The notes under the pieces: generated by a model | Told to the model about the DNA's origin: nothing | Database searches by the model: none | What the model saw: the letters and a program-made list of their open reading frames with translations, nothing else | Source of the DNA: Owenia fusiformis | Taxonomy: Eukaryota | Assembly: GCA_903813345.2 (NCBI GenBank) | Contig: CAIIXF020000001.1 | Location: 40,672,001 to 40,736,000 of the forward strand | Length of the DNA: 64,000 nucleotides | Direction: 5' to 3' | Translations under genes and position numbers: made by a program | Shown: positions 40,094-51,989 of the stretch, in pieces | Position numbering within the stretch: the first letter of the stretch is position 1 | How the letters are laid out: every line of letters begins with the position of its first letter

Positions 40094-40489
40094 TTAGCGT
40101 GGTTCAGACAACACAAAACCAGGGCTGTTTTTGTGCACGTCACTGATCACTAGTTGATACAAGTCTTTTAATCCATTAAATCCATTTCTCTCCAGAACTG
40201 TAATATTACATTCTGTCATATTCAATATTCCCAACTTTGGTAAATGTTGAAAAGATCCATTTGAAATAGTCCCGAAATTGTACTCTGATAATTCAAGTTG
40301 TATTACTGTGTTTGGTATACACTGTAGGAGTTCACTTATCTTGACATACATTTTATCTGTTGAATAACATTCACATGATGTAACTTTGCCTGGTTCACCA
40401 TAATGATATTTGCATCTTCCTGGACAATTTCCGCTATTTGTACATGTGCAGCTTATAAACGACACTATAATTATGTATACCAGTTTCAT
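40094..40489 (-). CDS. TLR: Toll-like receptor N-terminal part (signal peptide, LRRNT, first LRRs), ends at frameshift-induced TAA
   Basis: Signal peptide MKLVYIIIVSFISCTCT, CPGRC...CEC cap and LRRs (LELSEYNF, LGILNMTECNI). It overlaps the downstream ORF in another frame. The start context is aagATG. Confidence 0.9.
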   Translation of the reverse strand: MKLVYIIIVSFISCTCTNSGNCPGRCKYHYGEPGKVTSCECYSTDKMYVKISELLQCIPNTVIQLELSEYNFGTISNGSFQHLPKLGILNMTECNITVLERNGFNGLKDLYQLVISDVHKNSPGFVLSEPR

Positions 40490-40869
40490 CTTGATGCTGA
40501 TTTATTACTGTCAGTGTTATACCTATACATTTCTTTATATGTCCATTTGCAGGTGCATTTGTTATTTATTCAAGTAAAGTTCAAGTGCTATTCTAATGTC
40601 AAAATGCTCATATAAATGTCAAAGTAAATGTTTTAATTATTGTTTAAAATAAGAACTTGAGTCGGGGAAGGTGTCAGGTACTCCTCATGTTTACCTGCAC
40701 CAGCAGGAAGATATTGAGATTATAAACCAAACAGTTGCTTATCAGTTTTCCTTCTTATTTTCAATTTAATTATTCTTCCTTGTATGTTTTATCACAACAG
40801 AATACGGAAATAGTTTTATGTCCATCATTGTTAGATTGGGTTGGTTTCGTGGTTTTTCTGTTAGCTACA

Positions 40870-41762
40870 GAATTTACAACTGAATTGCCAAAATGAATAG
40901 GCGCAGTGCATGGCAAAATAGGTTAGGTCTTCTAGTATTTTTTTTGAACTGATACGCTTCTAAGATATGAGATCTATCAAAAAAGGCACAACATCACTAA
41001 CGTGTAAAAGTCAATGTTTTTGCTATAAATCAGGCAACAATGGTCTACACGACCTGTAATAAATAGGTATAAGGGACATTATTATCACAACACTAATGAC
41101 ATTGCTCACTTTTTAAAGTTAGTTTCCATGCGTTATACAAAAAATAATAGAAATAAATTAATATTGGATGGAGCGGAAAGTTGTATATCTTTACGATGGA
41201 ACAGATTCACAAGAACTGGTGTATTTGAAAAAAATAAACTCAGTACCCCAGTAAGAAACTGGATATTATATCTCTGGAGAATGAAAAATGGGAAAATTTG
41301 GAGTTATAAGAATAAATTCAAGTAGCATGTCTTATCATGTCTTATATACACATTACTCCCCCCTCAATCCACTCCCCCCCCCCTCCATCCAATATTAATT
41401 TATAATGATTATTTTTTGTATAAAGCATGGAAACTAGCTTTAAAAAGTGAGCAATGTCATTAGTATTATGATAATAATGTCCCTTATACCTATTTATTAC
41501 AGGTCGTGTAGACCATTGTTGCCTGATTTATAGCAAAAACATTGACTTTTGCACGTTGGTGATGATGCACCTTTTTTAATAGATCTCATATCTTAGAAGG
41601 GTATCAGTTCAAAAAAAATACTAGAAGACCTAACATATTTTGCCATGCACTGCGCCTATTCATTTTGGCAATTCACTTGTAAATTTTCTCTTGTACAAAT
41701 TTGTTGAGTTTTCTTGCAGAAAGCGCCTACCATCCATCCATTTTGTATGATCACCAGGCGTG
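40870..41762. mobile_element. Long foldback DNA element immediately upstream of TLR (left terminus truncated)
   Basis: ~280-bp arms 40870-41148 and 41408-41686 are high-identity reverse complements. The right terminus ...GATCACCAGGCGTG ends at 41762. Same family as 56887-57306. Confidence 0.9.
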
Positions 41763-44463
41763 GTCATGTCAGTCTTTTTCTTTATAGTATGATATACAGC
41801 CATGGCATAGATGAATTGTTTAAAATAGTCCTTTCCAGAATTTAAAAATGTAAAAAATAATTTGTTGAAATCGGAAACCCACTTCCTCAGATGTTAATGT
41901 TATTTTCTGTTTTTAAAGTGACCCCAAAACTATTTAATTACTTAGTCACCACAGTAGACTATATTATATAGTTCATTGCAGTTACATCATGTAGATACAA
42001 AAAGCTCTATATCTTAAGAAGAGATAAGACAGTCAGTGGTATTGTACAAGTGCTTTTGTCGATTCCATAAATCTGTGCCCCTAGATTTCCCATTATTGAA
42101 TAATCATGAAGAAGATGGTATTTATACTTGTCACATTAGTCCTATTATATCTTATTTATTGGTGTTTTTATCTCACAGAACTGTTGTAGTTACCATAACT
42201 AGTGACAGCTTATTGTATTAATTTTCCATTTGTAAGATTGCTCCACGTCTTCCTGTTCAGAGGAATTGACATTTTTGAATTGTATGCAGATCAGAGTAAA
42301 ATCATTGTTGATTCCGTTACACTTAACTTTTTATATGCCATATAACATGTATATGTAAGGGATTCACAATTTCTGAATGTTCATTGTTGCAATATCACAC
42401 TGAGAAATAAAGGACACTAGAAATAACACAAACTCATATTAAACTTCTATGGTACCTGATCTATCTTTAAAACATAAATGTTGAAGAAATCCATCAAAGT
42501 ACTCACATTAATGCAAAAGTCAGTAAATCAACAGTGATAACCATCTTTCAATTTGAGTTATTAACAATTATTTCTACATGTTGAAATGTATTGATAAAAT
42601 ATCTGATCTGTCACTAGATTTGCATGTACTTTAATTGATAACTACTACACAAAATCTCCTTGAATAAACGAGTAATATCAAAAGTGCAAAGTGCAAAGAT
42701 CTTGCTATTTGTGGATGGGAACATTTTTTTATTTGCTTGTCTGAGGCTGTATTATACCCTACAAGGTAATTAGGTACCACATTTGCAAAATGAACCTATA
42801 ACCAGATTTAATCTGCACCTTTTGTTGAAACGCAATCCCTGGTCATCAACATTGACGAAAATATTGATTGCTCGGATGTTCACTGAATATGCAACTTTTG
42901 GAAGATTTTGTGGTTCAGAATATTATGTGACTTCAAAATTAGAACAATTAAAATAATGTTGAGTTACTCCTGTTGAATATCAGAAGACCAGTGGTCAAGT
43001 GGTATTATCCTCAGGATGCAGTAGGTCGAGGGTTCAATTTCCAATTTTTTTTAAAATTTGTGGTTGTGCTTTGATATTACTTTGAATAAACAGTTTATAA
43101 CCATGTGGACTAAATACTAAAACATCTTGTCAGTTGTATGAAAATGTAAGAATCATGTCCAAATATTGCATTTTAGGAAAGAAATAGAATAAATTTATGA
43201 CAAATATATTACTTCATTCCTGCTCAATATGTTGCTAATTTTTATTTTCTTTGCAGAGAATCCCGGAGGTGATACTGAAGTGATTGTTCAATAATGCCTA
43301 AGCGGTAGGCTAGCGCTCAAAAATGATTGCTGTTCAAGAAATTAGTGTGTGAGAAATTTGAAGCTGCAAAATCAGTTATTCAAATGATATAAGTAGGTTA
43401 GCTTTTTATTTTACCTTACACTGTATGATGTTGTATTTATTTTGACAGACAGACAGCCTAATCTTTCTTGTCTGTATTTTTCCTGAGAAACAATGTTTTT
43501 GTATGAAAGAAATGAAAATCTACATTGATTGGGTATTCTACATGTTGGGTAAAATATTAAGGTGGCTATTTTTATCATAAATCTTTTGTAGAAACTCTCA
43601 TTTATATCTTCAAAGTTTACAAGGATAAATTGATAGAAATTATAGACCTGAATTGTTTTTTGGCATGGATTGTGCAATTTTGATTTTTTTTACCCAGTCA
43701 TCTAGTCTGCAAATTTCTGGATGAACTGTTTAATTGATCCAAAACTCAAATACCAGTTGAAGTATTTGGTTCAAATTTTATAGGCTGGTGACATAGGACA
43801 ATGTTTCAAGATGGCAACTAAATTCTTAACGGCCATCATTTTTCATGAAAACTGTAACTTTTGATGACCAAACACAAATTATCAGTTAGGTCAAATTTTT
43901 ATACGCTGATGTCTTTTGAACATAAGGGTCTCTGCTTGAGGAGGAATTTCTAGGCTGCTCAAATTGATCATTAGTTTATAATAATAAAAAGGGAAATTCT
44001 TGTCAACTCACAAGCCTCACAAGCATTGGTATACATATAATATGCTGATGGCTCAAGGGCATTATTCATCTGTTTTAGTTTTTTGTCTGGAGGCAGGTCT
44101 GCTGATCTGATGAGAATTTTTTGCAATTTTGAAAAGAAAACTACTCAATTTTCAAGTTATTTATACATTCTAAAGAAAAATTAACACTCAATTATTAATC
44201 TATGGTAAACTAAAGCACCTTTTGTGCAAAATGAAAGATTTGGACCATGTTTGGAATGAATTATGTTCATCTTAAAAAGCACATGGTCATCAAAATTGTA
44301 GAAAGTGCAGTCTGAACTTAAACGCCCATTTTAAGATTTGGTCCAAATTTTACAGGCTTATGTATTATCAGTGGATTGATTTGGTTCACCTTTTTATGCT
44401 GATGTCTTATGAATTAGGAACACTGCTTAAAAAGCATGGGATTTGATTTAACTTTTTTAGGCT

Positions 44464-44508
44464 AATAGCATTGCAAGGAATAGCATTGCAAGGAATAGCA
44501 TTGCAAGG
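44464..44508. repeat. Perfect 15-bp x3 tandem repeat within decayed HINE-like sequence (~43740-44850)
   Basis: AATAGCATTGCAAGG x3. Confidence 0.9.
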
Positions 44509-46999
44509 AAATGAATTTCCAATCAGGCCTAAGGCTGTTCAATTCAAAATGGCTGCCTCTTTTTCATAAAGAATATAGTCTTATTACTAGTTGTCAGACT
44601 CAGTTGAGAATTAAGGTATACTGATGCCATTTTTGCGTAGAATTCTGCCCATGGAGGTTAAAGATGGCTGCTGAATTCAAAATGGCCACCAATTCTCATA
44701 AGTGAAACTAATCTAATTTTTTCTAAATTTAATAGGACCTCTACTCAATAAAGAATCTGTTATAAAGTGTTCATTTATAGGCATATTCTTTTCCAGAAGG
44801 AGACAAAACTGCCTTTATTTGTTCCTCCAGAGAGTTGCCGTTTTTAAAGTTGGTAATACTAATACCTAATATTATAAGAAAGGTCAAAGTACTTGATTAT
44901 TATCATGCTATCAGAATTAAAAAAATATATTGCCAAGAGACAATCTTGCATTGATAATCAGACAAGAAAATGCATTTTAGTTGCCCAGAGATAGATTAGA
45001 GAAAACTGTAGCAACTGATAACAGCAATGATTATATTGAAACAGCAAGAGGTACACAAAGTATGTATTACTTCTATAAGTGTGATAATGCATTTACATAT
45101 TAATTTTCCAGTTCCGCACCTCCTTGCACAGTCAGCAAAATGGGTGAGTATATTTTATCTATTCTTTCACAAGGTAAAGGCATAAATAGTATTCTTCTGT
45201 GTACCTGCTAACTTAATCAGTGAATTGGTTAATATTTATAGAATTTTATGTGGTCCTGTTCTTTGCAGATGGTTCTTTCCTCGTCATTTTAGTATCCCAT
45301 TGAACGAAGTTCGGGGGGATATAGTGAACGGCTCCATCAGTCCATCCCTCCGGACAATAACTAAATAAGTTATCATTGCAACAAGAATAACATTAAACAA
45401 ACAAATGAGAAATTCCCATTGGATTATTGATGTGTAGATTAACGTTATCGACATCAACCCAGATTGATAAGCTTAGATTGGGAAGTTGTCCTGGGTTATG
45501 ATGTGTTTGTTTACCATGACAAATATTACCCTGACCAATCAAATGGCTGAGTGAAGAGTTTTCATATGGTTGATTATAAATGTATGATCTATATTCTGCC
45601 CAGATTTTACGAAGATCTGACCAATACTAGAAATGCCAAACCAATTTACCTCATTTTTGGGACACCCTGTGTACATATATGCCCCATGTAAGCATAAGTT
45701 CTCTGCTTGAAAGCCGATTTTCAAAATGGCCACCAGTTTCAAAATGGCAGCCATTTTAGTGTCAATTTTACAGTATTTTAGGTACAACATGTTAAACTGT
45801 AATATCGATGTTTTAAATGCAAAAAATACATATAGGATAGATTAAGTTGATAATGTAATTATTCAAAAAATATCATGGTCATTGGGAGAATGGAAGAGGG
45901 TTTAATGGAAGGAAGAATCTCTGTCTTTTGTGGTTTTTAATGGGAAGTCATATCTACTTCTAAAAATGAATGTATTATGTCACAAATTGAATTCTGGGAA
46001 TATCGTCCAAGGGATAAAGGAGGTATACAACATTTCATTGTAGTTTTAATTCCCTTAAATTCATACTCCTTTTACGTCGTACACTTTCAAAGAAAAATTA
46101 GTATCCCTCGAATTCTTTCATTGATTTGGGAAACTGAACTGTCTGGATGATTTGTAAAAATTGTATTGTTAATCTTATCAATATTTTAAGATGATAGAGC
46201 TAAAATTGTAGAAACTATGATGATTTTCGTGAAAAATTATCATTGTTTTTCAAGAAACTGTTGTGCTTCCTAGAAGGTTTAAGAAGTTTTAGACCATCTT
46301 CAGACAAAATGTTGAGATGTAGTGATGCTAGAGGTATATCTGCATGGTACAGTATGGTCAATGTTTCTATGAAAGGGAAAGGACCATATTCTGTCAAAAC
46401 ATCGAAATAAATGAGTAGCTTACAAATCTCACGCGGAAAATACTTGGTATAACGTCGTAAACTTCCGGTGCTATGACGTATAAGAGAATGGGGTGTAATA
46501 TATTCACCCTACACATAGAGCGCGCGTAATATTACTACGCTGGCTGCATTTGAAGAGACTATCTGGCTATTTCAAACATGGCTGAAGAGAGGTCAGTTTT
46601 CTTTCCAACATTTTGACTGTTTTTCAAGCTGTATACTAGCGATTATTGAATTTCTTAAAAGAATGATATTCAAAGTACCTATGTTTGACAGCTTACTATA
46701 AAACGCCGACCTATTGGCATGTGCTGCTGAGATAAAAACAAATTCCAAAAAACGCCAAATTATTTCCATTTATTTCTTCCTCTCGATCAACTGCTAAGCT
46801 ACCAATTATCCAGGTAAGCTGACAATTGAACGATGATGACCCCATCCACCATCTATGCATGTAATTAGATCCTATAATAGCCCAAATTTGTTATCGTACA
46901 AGTCCTAACTAGAACTCTGCCGAACATTTAGGAGAGGACTACGGCGGGTGAGTATTTTATGATTCCAATGCATACTTAAATGTTTTCATTTTATTTCAG

Positions 47000-47615
47000 A
47001 CTAGGATTCGAATGTTACTATTGCAACACAAAAAGGAGATGTAAGAAATTTACAGATATGATTCATCACCTACTTGAAATAATAATTAATGAAAATAAAA
47101 TGAAATGCTTGAAATAATAATTAATGAAAATAAAATGAAATGTTCAAAAATTCAAAATTCAGCCCCAATGAAATGTCAATCTGATTTAATAACACATGAA
47201 ATTCAATACAATGAAATGATGACAACTGAAATTGAATGCAGCAAATCCTCCAATGAAATGGACACTGTCCAGATTCAAGATGAAACAACTGATTTTGATT
47301 ATTCATTAATGGGCGAAGATAATGAAATGATAGTCACTGAAGAAATGATATGTGAAATGAAAAAAATGATTCCTGTTGTTGCTGAAAAACTCTCAAAAGA
47401 TGAGTCAGTTGGAACATTCAGGACATTTTTGGAGCTGGTATCTAAGGATAAATTCCCCCTACAGCCCTAGAAAACATTGCCTTCAAAACATTTCTCAACG
47501 TAGTTGAATGATTTGGATCCGACACTATTCAGCAGTTTCGATACAAAAACCAAGAGACCATTTCCTTTTGGAGAGTGGGATATCGGTTATTCAAGGGCAA
47601 GTTCCTTCGCTATTC
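47000..47615 (+). pseudogene. Disrupted protein-coding remnant inside the 46505 transposon
   Basis: Reads ...FRTFLELVSKDKFPL/ENIAFKTFLNVVE*FGSDTIQQFRYKNQETISFWRVGYRLFKGKFLRY across an 8-nt insertion (~47462-47469) and an in-frame TGA. There is a 35-bp tandem duplication at 47073-47142 and an acceptor TTTTATTTCAG ending at 46999. Confidence 0.6.
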
Positions 47616-47959
47616 ATTTTCAGCTGTATGAACGTATTGAATTCTCCATCAGTCCGTCCGTCCAGCTTGAAAGAAGCAGCAGATTATTTTAAGTGACATC
47701 CGTCTGTCCGTCCATCCTTCCATCGTCAACAGTTGTGGCACTAAGAGACAAATGCAATATCCATTCATATTTTGTTATGCACACAAGTGACATACCCTAT
47801 ACTGTACATGTATGTATATCCAGGATATCTCTTTGGAAATAAGTCACTTAAGGTCATGGCCAAAGTAAAGAGTTACACTTGAAAAAAGGTCATTATTGTT
47901 TAAAATGTTAATTACCTGTGCAAAATTGTTTACAGAGTTCGACACTTGTATGCACATAA

Positions 47960-48767
47960 CCCTACTATCACACCAAACTAGTTCTCACTACGTTCTCGAA
48001 AACGGGCTTCAACTGTGTACGAACGGACTGGACCTACTAAGAACCGTTTGGGATCTATTTACAAACTTCATCGAACGTACTCGAACGGGTAGGTCCTCTA
48101 GAACTCAGACAATGCTCAAAATGTTCCCGTGGTCGTCACGTTCTACAATTAGAACGAGTGAAAACGTACTAACGACGAGCTGGACGTACTACGAACGAAA
48201 CCGTCGTACTTCAATCCTACTAGGGACGTTTTAACAACGAGTTGAACTGTCTGAGGACGTGTTTAGAACGAGGTAGAACTAATTGCAAACGGGTTTAAAC
48301 TGATTAAGAACGTATTTAACACTGCTTATGAACGAGTTAGCAAAAATATAGCTATCACACCAAACAAGTTGCCACTGCGTTCTCCAAAACTGGTTTTAAA
48401 CTGTGTGCGAACGGAATGAACGTAGCTGCAACTTTCTAAGGTCTATTTACGAACTTTATGAACGTTCTCAGACGGGAATGTGATTTTAGAATTTTGAATC
48501 GATTCAAAATTCGATGGCGACCATGCCGTTCTGTAATCAGGTCATGTTGACCTTCTAGATTAAGGGACGCGTTCTACTACGTCGCACACCGACGAGGTGC
48601 GACCTGAACGAACTGCGAACGAGATGGACGTATTGAAGACTGTTTAAGAACGAAGAAGCTAATTATTTCAGACATATTTCCCGACCACAGCCAGATTGAG
48701 CCCGTTTTACGACGTTTACGTAGGACTGGCAAGAACGGGTAAGAACTAGTTTGGTGTGATAGGGGGG
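47960..48767. mobile_element. PIF/Harbinger-like non-autonomous element, TSD TAA, nested
   Basis: TIRs CCCTACTATCACACCAAACTAGTTCT / AGAACTAGTTTGGTGTGATAGGGGGG, with TAA at 47957-47959 and 48768-48770. The interior is CpG-rich with an internal TIR copy at ~48352. Confidence 0.8.
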
Positions 48768-49490
48768 TAAGTAACTTTCTTTGGATAGGCCTACATTGCA
48801 ACCAAATATGTATTGGTAAAATTGCACGACATATCAAACACTGCTCAAAATCAAATGCTACCCTCCCAGGTCTATCCTTGTATAAAAGTTCGAAGTTTTA
48901 TAACAATTTGATATTAGTTATTCCACAGTCTATGTGCTTTTGATACACATGAGCACTGGATCTGTGGTCGATATTTGAGAAGTCTATCGCATCTTTAATT
49001 TCAAGTTGATATAGTGTTATCCCAAGAGGTTGATATTGACACGCGTAGTCCTCTCATCCAAAAATTTGATCTCGGGATTTCAAATGAAGTTTCCTCAGGA
49101 AAAATAATGTTAAAATTCTTCAAAATAACATCAGTGATGCAAAATATGTTAGGAATGTATATACTACTCTCATAATACTTCAGTTACCGTGATAATATGA
49201 GGATATTGAGATTCTTTAGTGGAAACTTCGCGGTAACTTTCTGAATTATCAACTTTACATCGTATTTTATTCATTATGTAGGCATACTTTCCTATATTTT
49301 TGTCATATTTCTTCAATTAAGTGTATACTATATGGTTTGCCACCCATATAAGATACATTAATATCTTAAATAAGTCAGTAGGTGCTTCCAAAAAGTAAAC
49401 CATGAGAAAGAAGTTGAGAAATAGTCAGATAGTCTCTTCAAATGCAGCCAGCGTAGTAATTTGCTCGCGCTCTATGTGTAGGGTGATATT

Positions 49491-50354
49491 AGAGAGATTT
49501 CGCACATAAGTGAAAGTACAACTTATACGTATACGTATAGTTTAAAGGGTCATGTCGAACTATTATATTTACTAAAATCAATTTTAAATTGTACTTAATG
49601 GAACATAACTATTCCCGTTATAGAAAAGCTCCATCAACTAGAGACTGTGAATGCACTGTCATCTGCACGTGTAGATTATGCACATTATAATTACATGCTT
49701 GCTTCCGTGTCCTTGTTGTTGTAGTGTATTATAAACACGATCCTTTAAAGTGAGTCATGATTCTTTAAAGTGAGTCATTACATAAACAAGTTGATTATTT
49801 CAATGTTTTCATGATCAGTATAAGTTCAATGAACTTACAAAACGGAATATTTACGTATATGATAACGTATACAGTTGGATCTCCGTATTAAGATTTGCCT
49901 ACATGTGTGTGGAACAATTGACCGCAAGCATTTTTTGAAATTAATTGGCTGAGTGGGAACAGTATCCAATCAAATACTTTAACCATCAATTTGAAACACC
50001 AATCAAACCAGTAGGTTCTAGCAATTCCTGGAAACGACGCATTCAGTAGCTCAACATATGACATACAGGGTGTTTCATAACGAGCATCTCCAAAAGTCAA
50101 TTTGAGAAGAGATGGTTCTATAACATATGTACTATATATGAGCCTATTTTATTTTAGACAAACACATGTGGATCAACTAAACATGCTACAATTCAAGAAA
50201 GTACAAATGGCATCCCTTTGACCTGTATTTATTACAGTCCGAGAAGATCTTTCCTGACGAAAAGCCCACATTATGAAACACCTTGTACGTTTACCTAAGT
50301 ATAAGTATACGTTATAAGTTTCGTTAGTACTTTCACTAGGTGCGAAATCTCTCT
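49491..50354. mobile_element. Non-autonomous DNA element with 3-bp ATT TSD (PHIS/Harbinger-related)
   Basis: TIRs AGAGAGATTTCGCACATAAGTGAAAGTAC / GTACTTTCACTAGGTGCGAAATCTCTCT, with ATT at 49488-49490 and 50355-50357. Confidence 0.75.
50066..50285. mobile_element. Tc1/mariner MITE nested in previous element
   Basis: TA|CAGGGTGTTTCATAA ... TTATGAAACACCTTG|TA. Confidence 0.8.
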
Positions 50355-51223
50355 ATTAGCAAAGCAACATATTTTATGTTGCAAAAAATCTTGTTTCATT
50401 GATGATATAAAATCATGCAATTCTATATACCTTGTATGCAAGTGTAAACACAATACTATTATATATAAAAGATGGCAGGATTGGAACAAATTATCCATCA
50501 GTGTTTAATCCTAATTTCTACAAGATTGAACCTGACATCTTTCACAAATGTGTAGATAGAATAATGTATTGTCATCCTTGTAATATATTTTGCACATATA
50601 ATCACCAATATGTTCTTTATAAATCCGGTTAATGAAAAAGATGTTGCATGAATTCATTCCTCTATGAAGCAAACATTGTCAAATACAAAATAATCTAGCC
50701 TGCAGTTTTGATAAGATAAAATTGCATGTTTTATCATCGTTAAAACAATTTTTGTATTCAGTAACTAATTTGATGTTTAAAAGAATATGAGCCATATTCA
50801 AGTAGAAATATTACCAAGTAGAGAAATCTGACCTTTATAAGGAGATATGGTACTTGTTTATGGCTTAAAAATAGTTTAGCTTGCTGTTTAGAAGAATGCC
50901 AATTTATGATTCATAGATCATTGACCCAATGAACAAAGTTCAGTCAGGATATTCTGAATCGGAACATCCATCTGTCTGTCCGGAAGAAAACTCAAATACT
51001 ATACTCTCGCAATAATTTCCTGATCTTTTCAAAATAAGACTATATTATACTCAAATCGAAGGAATTTTAGAGTAAATCACAATCTCTGATTCGTGCCTCA
51101 GAAAATTCAAAATGGCTACCTAAAGCCGGAATAGCTATAATTTAGAGACCTCTTCAAAGATCTCTTATTATCTGCAAATCATGGGTATAGAAGATGGTGG
51201 ATATTACATTGTGACATATACAA

Positions 51224-51956
51224 AGGAGTGGTATCGATATGGAGAACTTTTTGAACACACGTTTCTCTTAAACCAGTCATAAAAAATCTAAAAATTTAAA
51301 CATCGTCAATTTAGTGGTCATCTTTTGAATGGTAACAATATAATTTGAAATATATATATATACTTTTATCTATATTGTTTTAGAAAACATATCAAACACT
51401 TGTTTTGTTCTTGGTATCATGTTTCCAGAGTGAAATGAAACATCTCTCTGAACCTCATTGGAACAAAATGACATAAACACAACATAATATTATACATCTC
51501 TCAATAGTGTAATTGTACAAAGGAAATTTTGGTTGATTTTAAAAAAGGATCTTGTTAATGAAATAAAAGGTTTATCTTGATTTTTATCTATTTTTGGCAG
51601 ATTTTGTTTAAAAGTTTTTGAATGTTTTTTAAAATCAACCAAAAATTCCTTTGTATAACTATAATATTGAGAGGTCTAAAAACATGTTGTATATGCTATT
51701 TTGTTCCAACAAGGTTTGGGAAGACATTTTATTTCATTCTTCAGAATTGGTAGAAAGGAGCAAAAACAATTGCACTAAAAAAACAAAAAATGTTAACAAA
51801 AACAGTTACATAAAATATTTCTAAATAATTTTTGCATTAAATTGTTGTCAATCAGTCAACATTACATAAAATACCGTGTTTTTTACAGAATGTTTTCAAT
51901 GATTGGTTTAAGAGAAAACATTGTTGAATTCAGTTCTCCATATCGATACAACTCCT
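51224..51956. mobile_element. Foldback element (nearly whole-length imperfect palindrome)
   Basis: Outer arms AGGAGTGGTATCGATATGGAGAACT / AGTTCTCCATATCGATACAACTCCT and inner arms ACAAAGGAAATTTTGGTTGATTTTAAAAAA / TTTTTTAAAATCAACCAAAAATTCCTTTGT. TTAA at the right end. Confidence 0.75.
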
Positions 51957-51989
51957 TAATGAATATTATGTTTACTGGGATTTGCTACT

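Larger units (their letters stand above)
46505..49485 (+). mobile_element. ~3-kb DNA transposon with ~70-bp TIRs, CAC...GTG termini and 5-bp TSD ATATT; carries decayed ORF and nested insertions
   Basis: CACCCTACACATAGAGCGCG...ACTACGCTGGCTGCATTTGAAGAGACTATCTG is mirrored at ~49417-49485. ATATT lies at 46500-46504 and 49486-49490. Confidence 0.85.

Noticed and set aside
40093..40150. 58-nt GT-AG intron that would repair the TLR frame
   Set aside because: It is phase-compatible, but the donor (GTGATC) and AAG acceptor are weak, and removal would delete most of one LRR and break the register.
46430..46500. ETS/CRE-like motifs suggesting a promoter
   Set aside because: They mirror sequence at ~46060-46085 as an inverted repeat, so they are more likely the end of another MITE.
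47896..48837. ORFs of 112 and 86 aa in a CpG-rich stretch
   Set aside because: They lie within a TIR-bounded non-autonomous element; the higher GC content explains the open frames.
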